Shown one piece after another: positions 8,404-17,518 of a stretch of DNA of 64,000 nucleotides. Position numbers and translations under genes: made by a program. Numbering within the stretch: position 1 is the first letter of the stretch; the number at the start of each line of letters is the position of its first letter. Below the pieces are notes generated by a model that had not been told where the DNA came from, searched no databases, and was given only the letters and a program-made list of their open reading frames with translations. The stretch spans positions 1,191 to 65,190 of the forward strand of contig CAWKFG010000002.1 of the NCBI GenBank assembly GCA_963848965.1. Direction: 5' to 3'. This DNA is from an uncultured bacterium (GTDB taxonomy: Bacteria; Babelota; Babeliae; Babelales; Babelaceae).

Positions 8404-8686
8404 ACTTAAATCCAATACAGGCGTAAAACCTTATAGCCCTACGAAAGAAATATTACAAGGCGATCTAATTGGCAAAGCCATAGTGGAATGCTTGATGAAC
8501 AATGACCCTGAAGGTGTTATGGAAGTGATTGCTATCTATTTAGGTACTTTAAATAGAGTCAAAGCTGCACAGCAAGCAAATCTTTCTCGTTCCACACTCT
8601 ACCATAGCTTAAGGTATAAAAATCCTACCATAAGGACTTTGGCAAAGATAATGTCTGCTGATGGTAACACGCAAGCTAAAAAGTAA
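8342..8686 (+). CDS. addiction-module antidote, HTH DNA-binding protein
   Basis: ATG at 8342 (TTG at 8327 is also possible). AAQQANLSRSTLYHSLRYKNPTIRTLAKIM is the HTH of the HigA-like antidote family that pairs with killer proteins. It overlaps the decayed toxin frame. Confidence 0.65.
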   Translation: MAKAKTSPKQKKSSENIQSVKLKSNTGVKPYSPTKEILQGDLIGKAIVECLMNNDPEGVMEVIAIYLGTLNRVKAAQQANLSRSTLYHSLRYKNPTIRTLAKIMSADGNTQAKK

Positions 8687-8791
8687 CTCTCAATGCTCTA
8701 CTATAGTATGAGGCAAATTTAGCAATATTCATGTTCTACAAACTACCAGCGGCATTTGATGTTCTAGAGATTTTTTTATTGAAGACAAATT

Positions 8792-8815
8792 CTGCAGACA
8801 GCGTCTGCAGTTTTT
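8792..8815 (+). terminator. rho-independent terminator hairpin
   Basis: CTGCAGAC-AGC-GTCTGCAG followed by TTTTT, between the convergent antidote gene and the GIY-YIG gene. Confidence 0.6.
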
Positions 8816-8851
8816 CCTTATCCTTTGAATATAACGCATCCCCAGCAAAAA

Positions 8852-9094
8852 TTACCATAATCGTTTCTTTGCAAACGCCCTACCTGAACCAGACTTTAAA
8901 TATTTTTCAAAGCTAATTGCAGTAGCTCTCTCTTTAAAAGCAATACACGTTATTAGTTCCCAAGGCCTGAATGATGAAGTATGTACCGAACCACCAGAAT
9001 TATGCGTTTGCAGTTGCTCGTTAATATTATCTGTGTAGCCTATATATGTTTGATCTGGATTATTTATTGATTTGATAAGGTATACGTAATACAT
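8852..9094 (-). CDS. GIY-YIG (URI-domain) nuclease family protein, copy B
   Basis: 80 aa, differing from copy A at one residue (R27 to Q). Confidence 0.85.
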   Translation of the reverse strand: MYYVYLIKSINNPDQTYIGYTDNINEQLQTHNSGGSVHTSSFRPWELITCIAFKERATAISFEKYLKSGSGRAFAKKRLW

Positions 9095-9127
9095 AATACC
9101 TCTTAGTTGCTTGATATTTCAGGGACG

Positions 9128-9173
9128 GTCCTCCTTCGCTCTTTAGAGCTTCGGCAGAAAACCTTCGCTTAGG
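9128..9173 (+). repeat. CCTTCGC/CTTCGG-rich short element, copy E2
   Basis: gtcctccttcgctctttagagcttcggcagaaaaccttcgcttagg. It shares identical 14-nt (tcctccttcgctct) and 10-nt (gagcttcggc) blocks with the reverse complement of 40921..40967. Confidence 0.6.
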
Positions 9174-9350
9174 CTATCAATATCACCCTTTATTTTAAAT
9201 CAATCCTTTAAAGAAATGGCCTGCCAACCGAAGCTTTAGCGAAGGTTGGCGTGGCCAGTTATACATGTTTAGGAACTTTGAGCTTGGATTTGGAATTTGT
9301 TTATGGAAAGTACGCATATTTCACATCCTTAAGAAACAAAGGTAGTTTTT

Positions 9351-9634
9351 CTAATTTTTCATTTTGTGCAGTTCATCTAGGACAAGAAGATCAGTCGTTG
9401 GAAGCCATGATTGTGCAAACATGCTCTCACGACCTAATATTTGATCATAATTAAGGTAACTACTATTGCTAAATTCCTGAGCAATATTTTTAGCAAGCCA
9501 AGTTTTACCAGCTTGCCTTGGCCAATCAAAAGAACTATCTTTTTTTCAAGATCTTTTAAAATTCTATTTTTTTGTACTCTTTGTATGGCGACCAAACTGT
9601 AATAAAATAGAGAAAAGTCACGACTTTCTTCCAT
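9351..9634 (-). pseudogene. decayed AAA+ (DUF4143-type) ATPase fragment
   Basis: Reads MEESRD...KKIVLLIG, then after a 1-nt deletion in the Gly codon continues PRQAGKTWLAKNIAQEF...TTDLLVLDELHKMKN*. Walker A is GPRQAGKT and Walker B is LLVLDE. It is truncated where cassette copy B begins. Confidence 0.6.
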
Positions 9635-9826
9635 TGTAATGCATTTAGTTGGAATTTCAATGGGACTTGAATTTTTTGTAAATTAGCCTCCAATAATAAA
9701 GCACTAAGGGCCCTTTATCTGAAGACACCTCTTCAAAAATAAGTTAACCATAGAATTTAGAGCTTAAGAACTATAAGATCTTTCTTATGTAGCTTTCTAT
9801 TTTAGTACTCTTAGTAAGGAGAGGGC

Positions 9827-10699
9827 ATGCGATTTCTGTTTTTACGTGTCGGCAGACCCTTACGATTTTTTAAACGCATTAGAATAGGCTTTCGCTTATT
9901 TAAACAAAGTCTTTCAACCATTGTTTTTGATCATCATCGCTATTTTTTATTTTGTGCACTTCTTGCTCTTGTACAATTTTCGCGTATTGAGCTTACAAGC
10001 CTTATAGATCCACAGTTTTCTATCTCCTATGCAGTAACTGAGTCACTTATGGGACAAAGCTTTTTTACGATTCTTTTTTCAAGGCCACACCATTTTCGAT
10101 CATTATATGACATAGGTGATATAGGCTTTAAAGTCTTATTCTTTTTTATTGAGCTGTTTCTGTCATTTACGATACTGGGCGCAGTAAGTTACTATACCTT
10201 CTACTTAAAAAAAGAAAGCTCTTTGCAGAGTATTATCTATAGCCTCAGTCAGTGGAAGAAGATAGGTATCTGGGTATCTCTTGAACTTGTCATTCTTTTT
10301 TTGACATCGCTTTTAGGAATTATAGGTGATTTTCTCGAGTTTGTATGGTCACTCAGCACCGCTTTAGTGATACCTCTTATAATGTTTCAACAATCTTCTA
10401 TGATTATGATTATTAAAAATACCTTCCTCTTCTTTAAACAGCGATTTGCTAATATTATAGGCATCGAAACAGTTACTGAAAGTCTCTTTATATTCCTGAC
10501 GTTTCTCTTTTATTATATATATCAAAATCAACAGACATTTACGTTCAGTTTTTTGCAATCAACAAAATTGCACGCACTTACTCTTGTCGGACTTTTCTAT
10601 CTTAATGCGGTAGCAGCTGTTACAGAAGTTATTACTCTGACACTGCTTTATAAAGTTATTGTCCCACAAAAATTCTCACTTAAGAACCTCGTTGAGTAA
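9827..10699 (+). CDS. hypothetical multi-pass membrane protein
   Basis: 290-aa ORF with about 6-7 hydrophobic segments and no recognisable motif. Confidence 0.4.
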   Translation: MRFLFLRVGRPLRFFKRIRIGFRLFKQSLSTIVFDHHRYFLFCALLALVQFSRIELTSLIDPQFSISYAVTESLMGQSFFTILFSRPHHFRSLYDIGDIGFKVLFFFIELFLSFTILGAVSYYTFYLKKESSLQSIIYSLSQWKKIGIWVSLELVILFLTSLLGIIGDFLEFVWSLSTALVIPLIMFQQSSMIMIIKNTFLFFKQRFANIIGIETVTESLFIFLTFLFYYIYQNQQTFTFSFLQSTKLHALTLVGLFYLNAVAAVTEVITLTLLYKVIVPQKFSLKNLVE

Positions 10700-10723
10700 G
10701 AGAGGGCACATATTTACGTGCTC

Positions 10724-12325
10724 TTACCACTGATTTTCTGATTGCTGCGGAGCCAAAGAGATATAGGTTCTTCTTCCCTTTAAAAACTTTCCATGAATAG
10801 CACTTTTTAAAGATGTAATGCAGTCACGAGGAACCATAATAAAAGTTCTGCGCTTGATAACTCGAACTTTATGAATTTGATCTTGTTGAACGCATCCTGT
10901 TTTAATAAAGTACTCAACAACATCAGTTTTATTAACGCCGTCATCTGATCCAATGTTAATAAATACTTCTTGTAGCTGATCGGGAAGAACAACTTTGCTA
11001 GAAGGAATAAACTGATATTCATCTGCCTCTATATGCCCAAGAAATTTTTCTTGAACAAGAGAAGCAGCAAGAACTTTCACCTGCTCTTGCGAAAACGACT
11101 GTACTAGTGAAAGCACCCGTGCATCAAAATCTTTCTTTGGCTCACTAATAATATGTGATGTATAACATTCTGCTTCTTTCAGTCGAGCTTCAATAATGCT
11201 TTCACGTGTAGGAATATTAAAAGGTTCAAGAGTAATAGAAAACTTTTTCTGTACTACAGAAAGCAAAGAAAGCTCACTTTTAGATATAAGCGTTATAGCA
11301 GTTCCTTCTTTACCTGCTCTTCCTGTTCTGCCAATACGATGAATATAGCTTTCATGATCATCAGGTAAAGAAAAATTGATAACATGCGTTAAATCAGGAA
11401 TATCAATACCACGAGCAGCAACATCGGTTGCTACGACAAGCGAAATCTCTTTATTCTTAAACTTCTTTACAATAAGGTTTCGTTGTACTTGGCTCATATC
11501 ACCATGTAATGTGCCTACAGAGTATCCTCGTTTTACAAGATGCTCTGCAACTTCTGCAGTAAGAATCTTTGTTTGACAAAACACAAAACCATAAAAATCT
11601 GGAATACTTTCTATAATACGTTTAAGAACATATATACGTGCTCGAGCAGGAACTAAACAAAAGTACTGTTTTGTTGTCTGCCCTACTATCTCTTCTTTGC
11701 TTACACGAACTGATACAGGCTTTGTCATATGAGTGCGCATTATATCGCTAATACCTGCTTTTACTGTAGCAGAAAAAAGCCATATCTCTCGATTACGTGG
11801 TACATACTGTAATATTTCATCTATCTCTTCTTTAAATCCCATATCAAGCATAATATCAGCTTCATCCAATATCATAGTCTTTACAGAATTCATCACAAGA
11901 GTTTTACGTAAAAGATGATCTCGCAATCTACCTGGAGTACCTACAACGATGTGTGTCCCTCTTTTTAAAGCTGCTATCTGATCTTCGATTGAAACACCTC
12001 CAAAAAGCACTTCTATAGAAACTTTCATAGAGGACGCAATTTTAACAAGACTTTCTCGTATTTGCACAGCAAGTTCTCGTGTTGGAGCAACAATAAGGGC
12101 TTGAGGCATTTTACGAGAAACATCAATACGATGGAGTAAAGGAATACCAAATGCAAGAGTTTTTCCCGTACCTGTTTGTGCTTGGCCATGAAAATCAATT
12201 TTTTCACAGCCAAGTAATAAAGGAATAGCTTTGCTTTGAATTTCTGTAGGCTCTTGAAATCCTAATGTTTCAAGAGCAGTTTGAACACACGTTGACAAAG
12301 GAAGATCTTTAAATGTTTTTATCAT
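10724..12325 (-). CDS. deaD: DEAD-box ATP-dependent RNA helicase (DeaD/CsdA-like with a DbpA-type C-terminal domain)
   Basis: Motifs AQTGTGKT, PTRELA, DEAD, SAT and HRIGRTGRAG. The ATG at 12325 (MIKTFKDL...) is preferred over the TTG at 12382 used by the ORF track. Confidence 0.9.
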   Translation of the reverse strand: MIKTFKDLPLSTCVQTALETLGFQEPTEIQSKAIPLLLGCEKIDFHGQAQTGTGKTLAFGIPLLHRIDVSRKMPQALIVAPTRELAVQIRESLVKIASSMKVSIEVLFGGVSIEDQIAALKRGTHIVVGTPGRLRDHLLRKTLVMNSVKTMILDEADIMLDMGFKEEIDEILQYVPRNREIWLFSATVKAGISDIMRTHMTKPVSVRVSKEEIVGQTTKQYFCLVPARARIYVLKRIIESIPDFYGFVFCQTKILTAEVAEHLVKRGYSVGTLHGDMSQVQRNLIVKKFKNKEISLVVATDVAARGIDIPDLTHVINFSLPDDHESYIHRIGRTGRAGKEGTAITLISKSELSLLSVVQKKFSITLEPFNIPTRESIIEARLKEAECYTSHIISEPKKDFDARVLSLVQSFSQEQVKVLAASLVQEKFLGHIEADEYQFIPSSKVVLPDQLQEVFINIGSDDGVNKTDVVEYFIKTGCVQQDQIHKVRVIKRRTFIMVPRDCITSLKSAIHGKFLKGRRTYISLAPQQSENQW

Positions 12326-12710
12326 AGTTGTCGTTATGTTTCCCCTTCGGTATAGCGTATGCTGACTGAAACACTTCAGCAAGTAATATAATTGTATTAA
12401 AGAACATACATTCTTTGCATAAGAACGCTCGCTTTTGTAGTATTCTTAAATAGACCACTCATGTGTCCACTGGCTGAAGTTATAGCTTTCTTTATACAAG
12501 GTCTTTTAAAGAAAGGGGAAGACATATAGATAAAGAACCCTTAAAAAACCCTAGAAAGTGAAAATAAGTATAAACAATAGGTTAAAAAGTGCAAGAAAAA
12601 CTCTTTTATTACCACTTTTTTTTCATGCATAATAGTGTATGATGAAAGATGCACAAGATGAAATGCTCATAAGAATTTTAAGGGTAAAAACCAGATATAA
12701 AGGAACAAAA

Positions 12711-13862
12711 ATGAATAAAGCACACTCTAAAAAGAGATTGTGCCTTTTAGGTACTTTTATAGTATTTACAAGTAGCACAATTCGTACTGATGGACTGTTA
12801 GAAAGTGCACAAAAAATACTTGGTACTGCGCTTTCTTTCCCCCTAGGACATAACACTGCTTCACAAGAAACAACGGATTATGTAAATGATATTACAAAAC
12901 AGCTTAATCCAGATCAAAAAGCAGTACAAGTCAAAAAGATGAATCGATTTGCTCAATATCTTTTTGGAAGCCAAAATGCTCTCGCATTACCTGGACTCAA
13001 TACTGTTTTAGTAAACGAAGACTGGTTTAAAAAACTTCCTGAAGAGCAAAAGAGATTTCTTATCGGCCGTTCACTCGTTCATATGAATAAACCATTAGAA
13101 TATGCTCTTTATAAGTATGCATTACCTTTACTCACAAAATCTTTTATTGAACTTAATGCACCATTTGCACTATCTAGGGTCGCTTCAGCAGAAGAAAAAG
13201 CTGACATGGATGATGAAGAACGTACTTACTTTGATAGTAAGGTTAATCGATGGGCACTCCGCACAGCTCTTAATCTCTTAGCAAGCCTTACGAATCAATA
13301 CTTTTCTCGACGTCTTGAATATGAAGCAGATAAAGAAGCAGCACTCAAACTTAATTGTATTGATGGAGCCGTAGATCTGTTAAAGCGTACAGATAAATTT
13401 CCAAGTCAAGATCCTTTAGGTGCTCTTTGCTCAACAATCCCTCTTTTACATATAGCCACCGGCTCAACAATGCCCCTTTTAGATATACCTACTGGTATAG
13501 GTCAAGCTATACATAATAAAAATGTCGCTAACAGAGCTTTAAACAATGCAGATATTGAAGGAGAGCCTACAAAGTTGGGCCGCCAAGAAATAATAAATAC
13601 AGCGCTTGAAGAAGATCATGAAAGACTCACTGTAAAATTAGGTAGGCTTCCTTTAGGACAGCTCTATCTCTTTAAATTACCAGTAACCTTACGAGATGCT
13701 ATTCCAGGCAGGTTTAATAATATCTCAACACGTCTTGAAAGCTTTTTGCTTAGTTTACCGCTTGTGCGCTATTTCTGGTCATATCCTCGGCCAATTGATC
13801 GTATAAAAGCACTTAAAGCTCTTGAGCGTGTTTTAGAAAAAGAACAAACAAAGTCTGCATAA
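12711..13862 (+). CDS. secreted M48-peptidase-like protein with a degenerate active site, paralogue 1
   Basis: ATG at 12711 follows AAGGAA, then a signal peptide. SRRLEYEADKEAA matches the M48 ExxAD region, but the expected HExxH position reads RSLVH. Confidence 0.5.
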   Translation: MNKAHSKKRLCLLGTFIVFTSSTIRTDGLLESAQKILGTALSFPLGHNTASQETTDYVNDITKQLNPDQKAVQVKKMNRFAQYLFGSQNALALPGLNTVLVNEDWFKKLPEEQKRFLIGRSLVHMNKPLEYALYKYALPLLTKSFIELNAPFALSRVASAEEKADMDDEERTYFDSKVNRWALRTALNLLASLTNQYFSRRLEYEADKEAALKLNCIDGAVDLLKRTDKFPSQDPLGALCSTIPLLHIATGSTMPLLDIPTGIGQAIHNKNVANRALNNADIEGEPTKLGRQEIINTALEEDHERLTVKLGRLPLGQLYLFKLPVTLRDAIPGRFNNISTRLESFLLSLPLVRYFWSYPRPIDRIKALKALERVLEKEQTKSA

Positions 13863-13910
13863 TAACAGGGGGCATATGCCCCCTTAGCCTCTAAAATGGA
13901 AAGAGTTTTT

Positions 13911-15071
13911 ATGAATAAATGTATCTTTTTAACGTATGCTTTTCTTATTTTTAGCGTCCACGCTCTCTTTTCTATGTCATTTGTTGAAAAAGTCCAAAAT
14001 GGTATAGGAACTTTCATGAGCTTTCCCTTTGCAAGTTACAGAAATGTTTCATCAACAACGCAAGAGTATGTACAATCACTCTGCCAAAAGTTGCAGTTGG
14101 GTACTACACCAGTGCAAGTTAAGCACATGAATTCTGTAGCGCAGTCCTTTTTTGGAAACCAAAATATTATCGCATTGCCTGGACTAAATACCATTTTACT
14201 TAATGAAGACTGGTTTAAAAGACTTCCTGAAGATCAAAAAAGATTCGCTCTCGGGCGTACTCTTGTACATCTTAACAAGCCTGTCGAATATACTCTTTAT
14301 AAATACATACTACCACTGCTAGCAAATGCATTAGTAGAATCTTATTCATCAGGACAGCCATCTCCTGGTTTTCCTGGAACTCGACGTTGGTATAATACTT
14401 GTAATACCTCAGAAGGATCTCGACAACTATCAGGGTGGCTTTCAGATAAAGCCCGCTCACATCTTGCTCATCTTGTAGTACAGTTCTTTTCTCGTGATAT
14501 GGAATATGAAGCAGATAGAGAAGCAGCAGAGAAACTTGACTGTGCTCAAGGAGGAATAAACCTTCTTAAAGAGCTTTCTACTTTCAGAAGTAATAAAACG
14601 TTCTTAAGCAGTATCTCCTCTCTTATTCCTCTTTTTGATATTCCGGGATATGCTTTTAATTCATATAAAACAAGCTCGCTTGCAGAACAAGCAACACAAA
14701 GAATGATGGATGATGCTCAAGAACGAGCCGAAAGAACAAGTCATATGGACCCCTATCGCGTATGGGCAAAAGCTGAACCGGATCAACAAGTATTTGAAGC
14801 AGAGTATGAACGGTTACTCAGACAAGATAAGCATAGCCACACGTTACAGTTTAAGGGGATACCATTTGGACATTTCTTTCCTTATTATATTCTCAATTAC
14901 CTTAAAAAGTACACTCCAGGCAGACTTACTAACATTTCTAATCGCTTAGAATCTTTTATCTCTCACTTGCCTGTTGTACACTACTGGTGGTCATATCCAC
15001 GTACAAACGATCGTATAGAAGCACTTAAAACAGTACTACAACAAAAGATACAAGAGGCCGCACAACCATAA
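13911..15071 (+). CDS. secreted M48-peptidase-like protein with a degenerate active site, paralogue 2
   Basis: Collinear with paralogue 1 (NEDWFK(K/R)LPE(E/D)QKRF, RTLVH, SRDMEYEADREAA, WSYPR..DRI.ALK). The start could be 13896 or 13911. Confidence 0.5.
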   Translation: MNKCIFLTYAFLIFSVHALFSMSFVEKVQNGIGTFMSFPFASYRNVSSTTQEYVQSLCQKLQLGTTPVQVKHMNSVAQSFFGNQNIIALPGLNTILLNEDWFKRLPEDQKRFALGRTLVHLNKPVEYTLYKYILPLLANALVESYSSGQPSPGFPGTRRWYNTCNTSEGSRQLSGWLSDKARSHLAHLVVQFFSRDMEYEADREAAEKLDCAQGGINLLKELSTFRSNKTFLSSISSLIPLFDIPGYAFNSYKTSSLAEQATQRMMDDAQERAERTSHMDPYRVWAKAEPDQQVFEAEYERLLRQDKHSHTLQFKGIPFGHFFPYYILNYLKKYTPGRLTNISNRLESFISHLPVVHYWWSYPRTNDRIEALKTVLQQKIQEAAQP

Positions 15072-15114
15072 GCGGCCCCCTATTCTTATAGCGATTTAAT
15101 CGAATAGATCAAAG

Positions 15115-15143
15115 TTGTCAAACATACAAAAGTATGCTATACT
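15115..15143 (+). promoter_or_regulatory. sigma-70-like promoter upstream of rpsA
   Basis: TTGTCA (15115-15120), a 17-nt spacer, then TATACT (15138-15143). This leaves a ~110-nt leader containing a CCGCC...GGCGG hairpin before the rpsA ATG. Confidence 0.45.
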
Positions 15144-15258
15144 AACACATGTTAGGTTTAGTTGTTGTATATGTTTAACCATTATACCCCCTTCTTTTTA
15201 AGGTGGCCCCGCCTTTCAGTCTGGCGGATACGGTCACTCGTTTATAGGAGTACATTGA

Positions 15259-17049
15259 ATGTCAAAAGAACTGTTAAAACCTCAGCAGTTCCGCCGAGCG
15301 GAACTACGATTTGATGATGAATCATTTCAGCTGAATGAACAACAAAAAGGAGAGCTCTCTGCGCTGTATGAAGGTACACTCGACAGATTTAAGCCAGGCA
15401 GTATCATTAAGGGCACCGTAATTAAGGCAAGCGCAGAAGGTGTTCTCGTAGATATTGACTATAAATCCGATGGCTTAATTGCTGCATACGAGTTTTCTGA
15501 ACATGAGCTTAAACGATTAGCTCCAGGATCAGAAATTGAAGTTATGCTCGATGAGCTTGAAAATAGTGATGGTAATGTCATCTTGTCTTACGAAAAAGCG
15601 AAAGCTATGAAGGCATGGGACTCTATCATGAAGCTCTACGAGGAAAACAAGCCAGTAGAAGGTATTGTTACTCATAAGGTTAAGGGCGGCTTAAGCGTTG
15701 ATATTGGTATTCCTGCGTTCTTACCAGGATCCCAAGTAGATATTCAACGAGTTACCGACTTTGATCAGTTTGTAGGACAACCTATTACGGCAAGTATCAT
15801 AAAGATTAATCCAAAGCGTGGTAATGTTATTATTTCACGCCGTAAATTTCTCAATGAACAACGAGCTGAAACTCGTAAAAAGATTCTTGAAACCTTACAA
15901 CCAGGTTCAGTTATTCAAGGAACCGTTAAAAATATCACTAACTACGGTGTATTCATCGATATTGGTGGCGTAGACGGACTCCTGCATATTACTGATATGA
16001 CCTGGGGTCGTATTGCTCACCCAAGTGAACTAGTACGTATTGGTGATACTGTTACAGTAAAAGTCCTTTCATTCGATAAGGTTAATGAAAAGATCTCACT
16101 TGGTATGAAGCAACTTTCACACAATCCGTGGGAAGAACTAGATCCTTCAGTACAAATAGGCTCTCGCATAAAAGGTACTATCTCAAGTATTACCGATTAT
16201 GGTCTCTTTGTAGAAGTGCAAGCAGGCGTTGAAGGCTTAGTACATATTTCTGAAATATCATGGACCGATCGTATTAACGATCTTCATAAGCACTTTAAGG
16301 TAGGTGAAACTATCGAAGCGCTTGTTGTATCCTTAGATAAAGAAAATAGACGTATGTCACTTAGTATCAAGCAGCTTGAGAAGAACCCATGGGATGCAAT
16401 TAGTGAACAGTACGAAATTGGGCAAAAGATCTCCGGTAAAGTAAGTAATGTTACTGAATTTGGTATCTTTGTACAACTTGCTCCTGGTATTGATGGCCTT
16501 GTTCATATCTCAGACTTCTCATGGACTGAGCATATTGAACATCCAGCAGATCGTTACAAAAAAGGTGACGAAGTTGAAGCTGTCATTATCGGCATTAATA
16601 AGCAAAATAAAAAGATTTCACTTGGTATTAAACAATTGACTCCTAATCCATGGGAAGAGATTGAAAAGAAATATCCAGTAGGATCTACCATTGAAGGTGA
16701 AGTTTCAAAAATCACTAATTTTGGTGCATTTGTAAAACTTCCAACAGGTATTGAAGGCCTCGTTCACATCTCTGAACTTTCTGGTGATAATGTTGAGAAA
16801 GTGGAAGATTTTCTCAAAGTTGGCCAAGTAGCTACGTTCAAGGTCATCAAAGTAAGTCCAGAAGAGCATAAGCTTGGCTTAAGCTTAAAGACTGAAGATG
16901 AAGGTGAAAAGAAAGCTAAGAAAGAAAAAGCACCTGCTAAAAAAGAGAAACGATCTGAAATACCTGCACAACCAAAACAGAAATCTCAGTTGCAACTAGA
17001 GCTTGAAAAGCTCTCTCGCCAAAAAGAAGAAGACACAAGCAACGAGTAA
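15259..17049 (+). CDS. rpsA: 30S ribosomal protein S1
   Basis: 596 aa with six tandem S1 domains (repeated G..V.G.V..I...G.FV....G..GL.HISE pattern) and a Lys/Glu-rich tail. Confidence 0.95.
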   Translation: MSKELLKPQQFRRAELRFDDESFQLNEQQKGELSALYEGTLDRFKPGSIIKGTVIKASAEGVLVDIDYKSDGLIAAYEFSEHELKRLAPGSEIEVMLDELENSDGNVILSYEKAKAMKAWDSIMKLYEENKPVEGIVTHKVKGGLSVDIGIPAFLPGSQVDIQRVTDFDQFVGQPITASIIKINPKRGNVIISRRKFLNEQRAETRKKILETLQPGSVIQGTVKNITNYGVFIDIGGVDGLLHITDMTWGRIAHPSELVRIGDTVTVKVLSFDKVNEKISLGMKQLSHNPWEELDPSVQIGSRIKGTISSITDYGLFVEVQAGVEGLVHISEISWTDRINDLHKHFKVGETIEALVVSLDKENRRMSLSIKQLEKNPWDAISEQYEIGQKISGKVSNVTEFGIFVQLAPGIDGLVHISDFSWTEHIEHPADRYKKGDEVEAVIIGINKQNKKISLGIKQLTPNPWEEIEKKYPVGSTIEGEVSKITNFGAFVKLPTGIEGLVHISELSGDNVEKVEDFLKVGQVATFKVIKVSPEEHKLGLSLKTEDEGEKKAKKEKAPAKKEKRSEIPAQPKQKSQLQLELEKLSRQKEEDTSNE

Positions 17050-17064
17050 TAAAGGGATTACGTT

Positions 17065-17475
17065 ATGATGGCTGAAAGAACATTTGCAATAATTAAACCT
17101 GACGCAATCGATGCTCGTGTAAGCGGCATGATTATTAATCTAATCGAACTTAATAAGTTTCATATTGTACGTATGCAAAAAGTGCATCTTACTAAAGCTC
17201 AAGCAGAACAATTCTATGACATTCATAGAGAACGGCCATTCTTTGGTGAACTTGTAGAATATATGATTTCAGGTCCCGTTATTATTATGGCGCTTGAAAA
17301 AGAGAATGCTATTCAGCAGTGGCGTGATGTTATGGGAGCAACAGACCCTAAAAAGGCAGCTCCCGCTACTATACGCTACATGTTTGGCACTTCTATTGGC
17401 AATAATGCAACTCATGGATCAGATAGCCCTGAGAATGCCAAAAAAGAGCTTAAATTCTTTTTTCCAGATTTATAA
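17065..17475 (+). CDS. ndk: nucleoside diphosphate kinase
   Basis: ERTFAIIKPDA...RMQKVHLTKAQAEQFY...NATHGSDS, including the active-site His motif NxxHGSD. Confidence 0.95.
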   Translation: MMAERTFAIIKPDAIDARVSGMIINLIELNKFHIVRMQKVHLTKAQAEQFYDIHRERPFFGELVEYMISGPVIIMALEKENAIQQWRDVMGATDPKKAAPATIRYMFGTSIGNNATHGSDSPENAKKELKFFFPDL

Positions 17476-17477
17476 AA

Positions 17478-17504
17478 GAGGGCGACATAAAGTCGCCCTC
17501 TTTC
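17478..17504 (+). terminator. rho-independent terminator, probably bidirectional
   Basis: GAGGGCGAC-ATAAA-GTCGCCCTC followed by TTT and preceded by AAAA. It sits between the convergent ndk and ATPase genes. Confidence 0.7.
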
Positions 17505-17518
17505 ACTAGTAAAAAGAT

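Larger units (their letters stand above)
8618..9312. repeat. GIY-YIG cassette, copy B (duplicate of 3390..4137)
   Basis: See copy A. Here the antidote gene is complete, so this copy looks like the parental context. Confidence 0.8.

Noticed and set aside
8731-9454. ORFs 8731..8916 and 9251..9454.
   Set aside because: The first spans the terminator hairpin and runs antisense into the GIY-YIG gene. The second lies in the repeated cassette leader and antisense to the ATPase pseudogene. Neither has a plausible ribosome-binding site.
12326-12382. TTG or GTG-extended N-termini used by the ORF track for deaD (12382), the skp-like gene (35895), smpB (46389), the RING protein (41529), M48-like 1 (12639) and the antidote (8327).
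   Set aside because: In each case a downstream ATG gives an N-terminus matching family norms or a clean signal peptide, often with a GGA/AGG-type Shine-Dalgarno sequence. The extensions add atypical residues.
13868-13883. The GGGGGCATATGCCCCC palindrome between the two M48-like genes as a terminator.
   Set aside because: No T-run follows it, and the downstream paralogue starts within about 30 nt. It may be a stability or processing hairpin, but the evidence is insufficient to annotate it.
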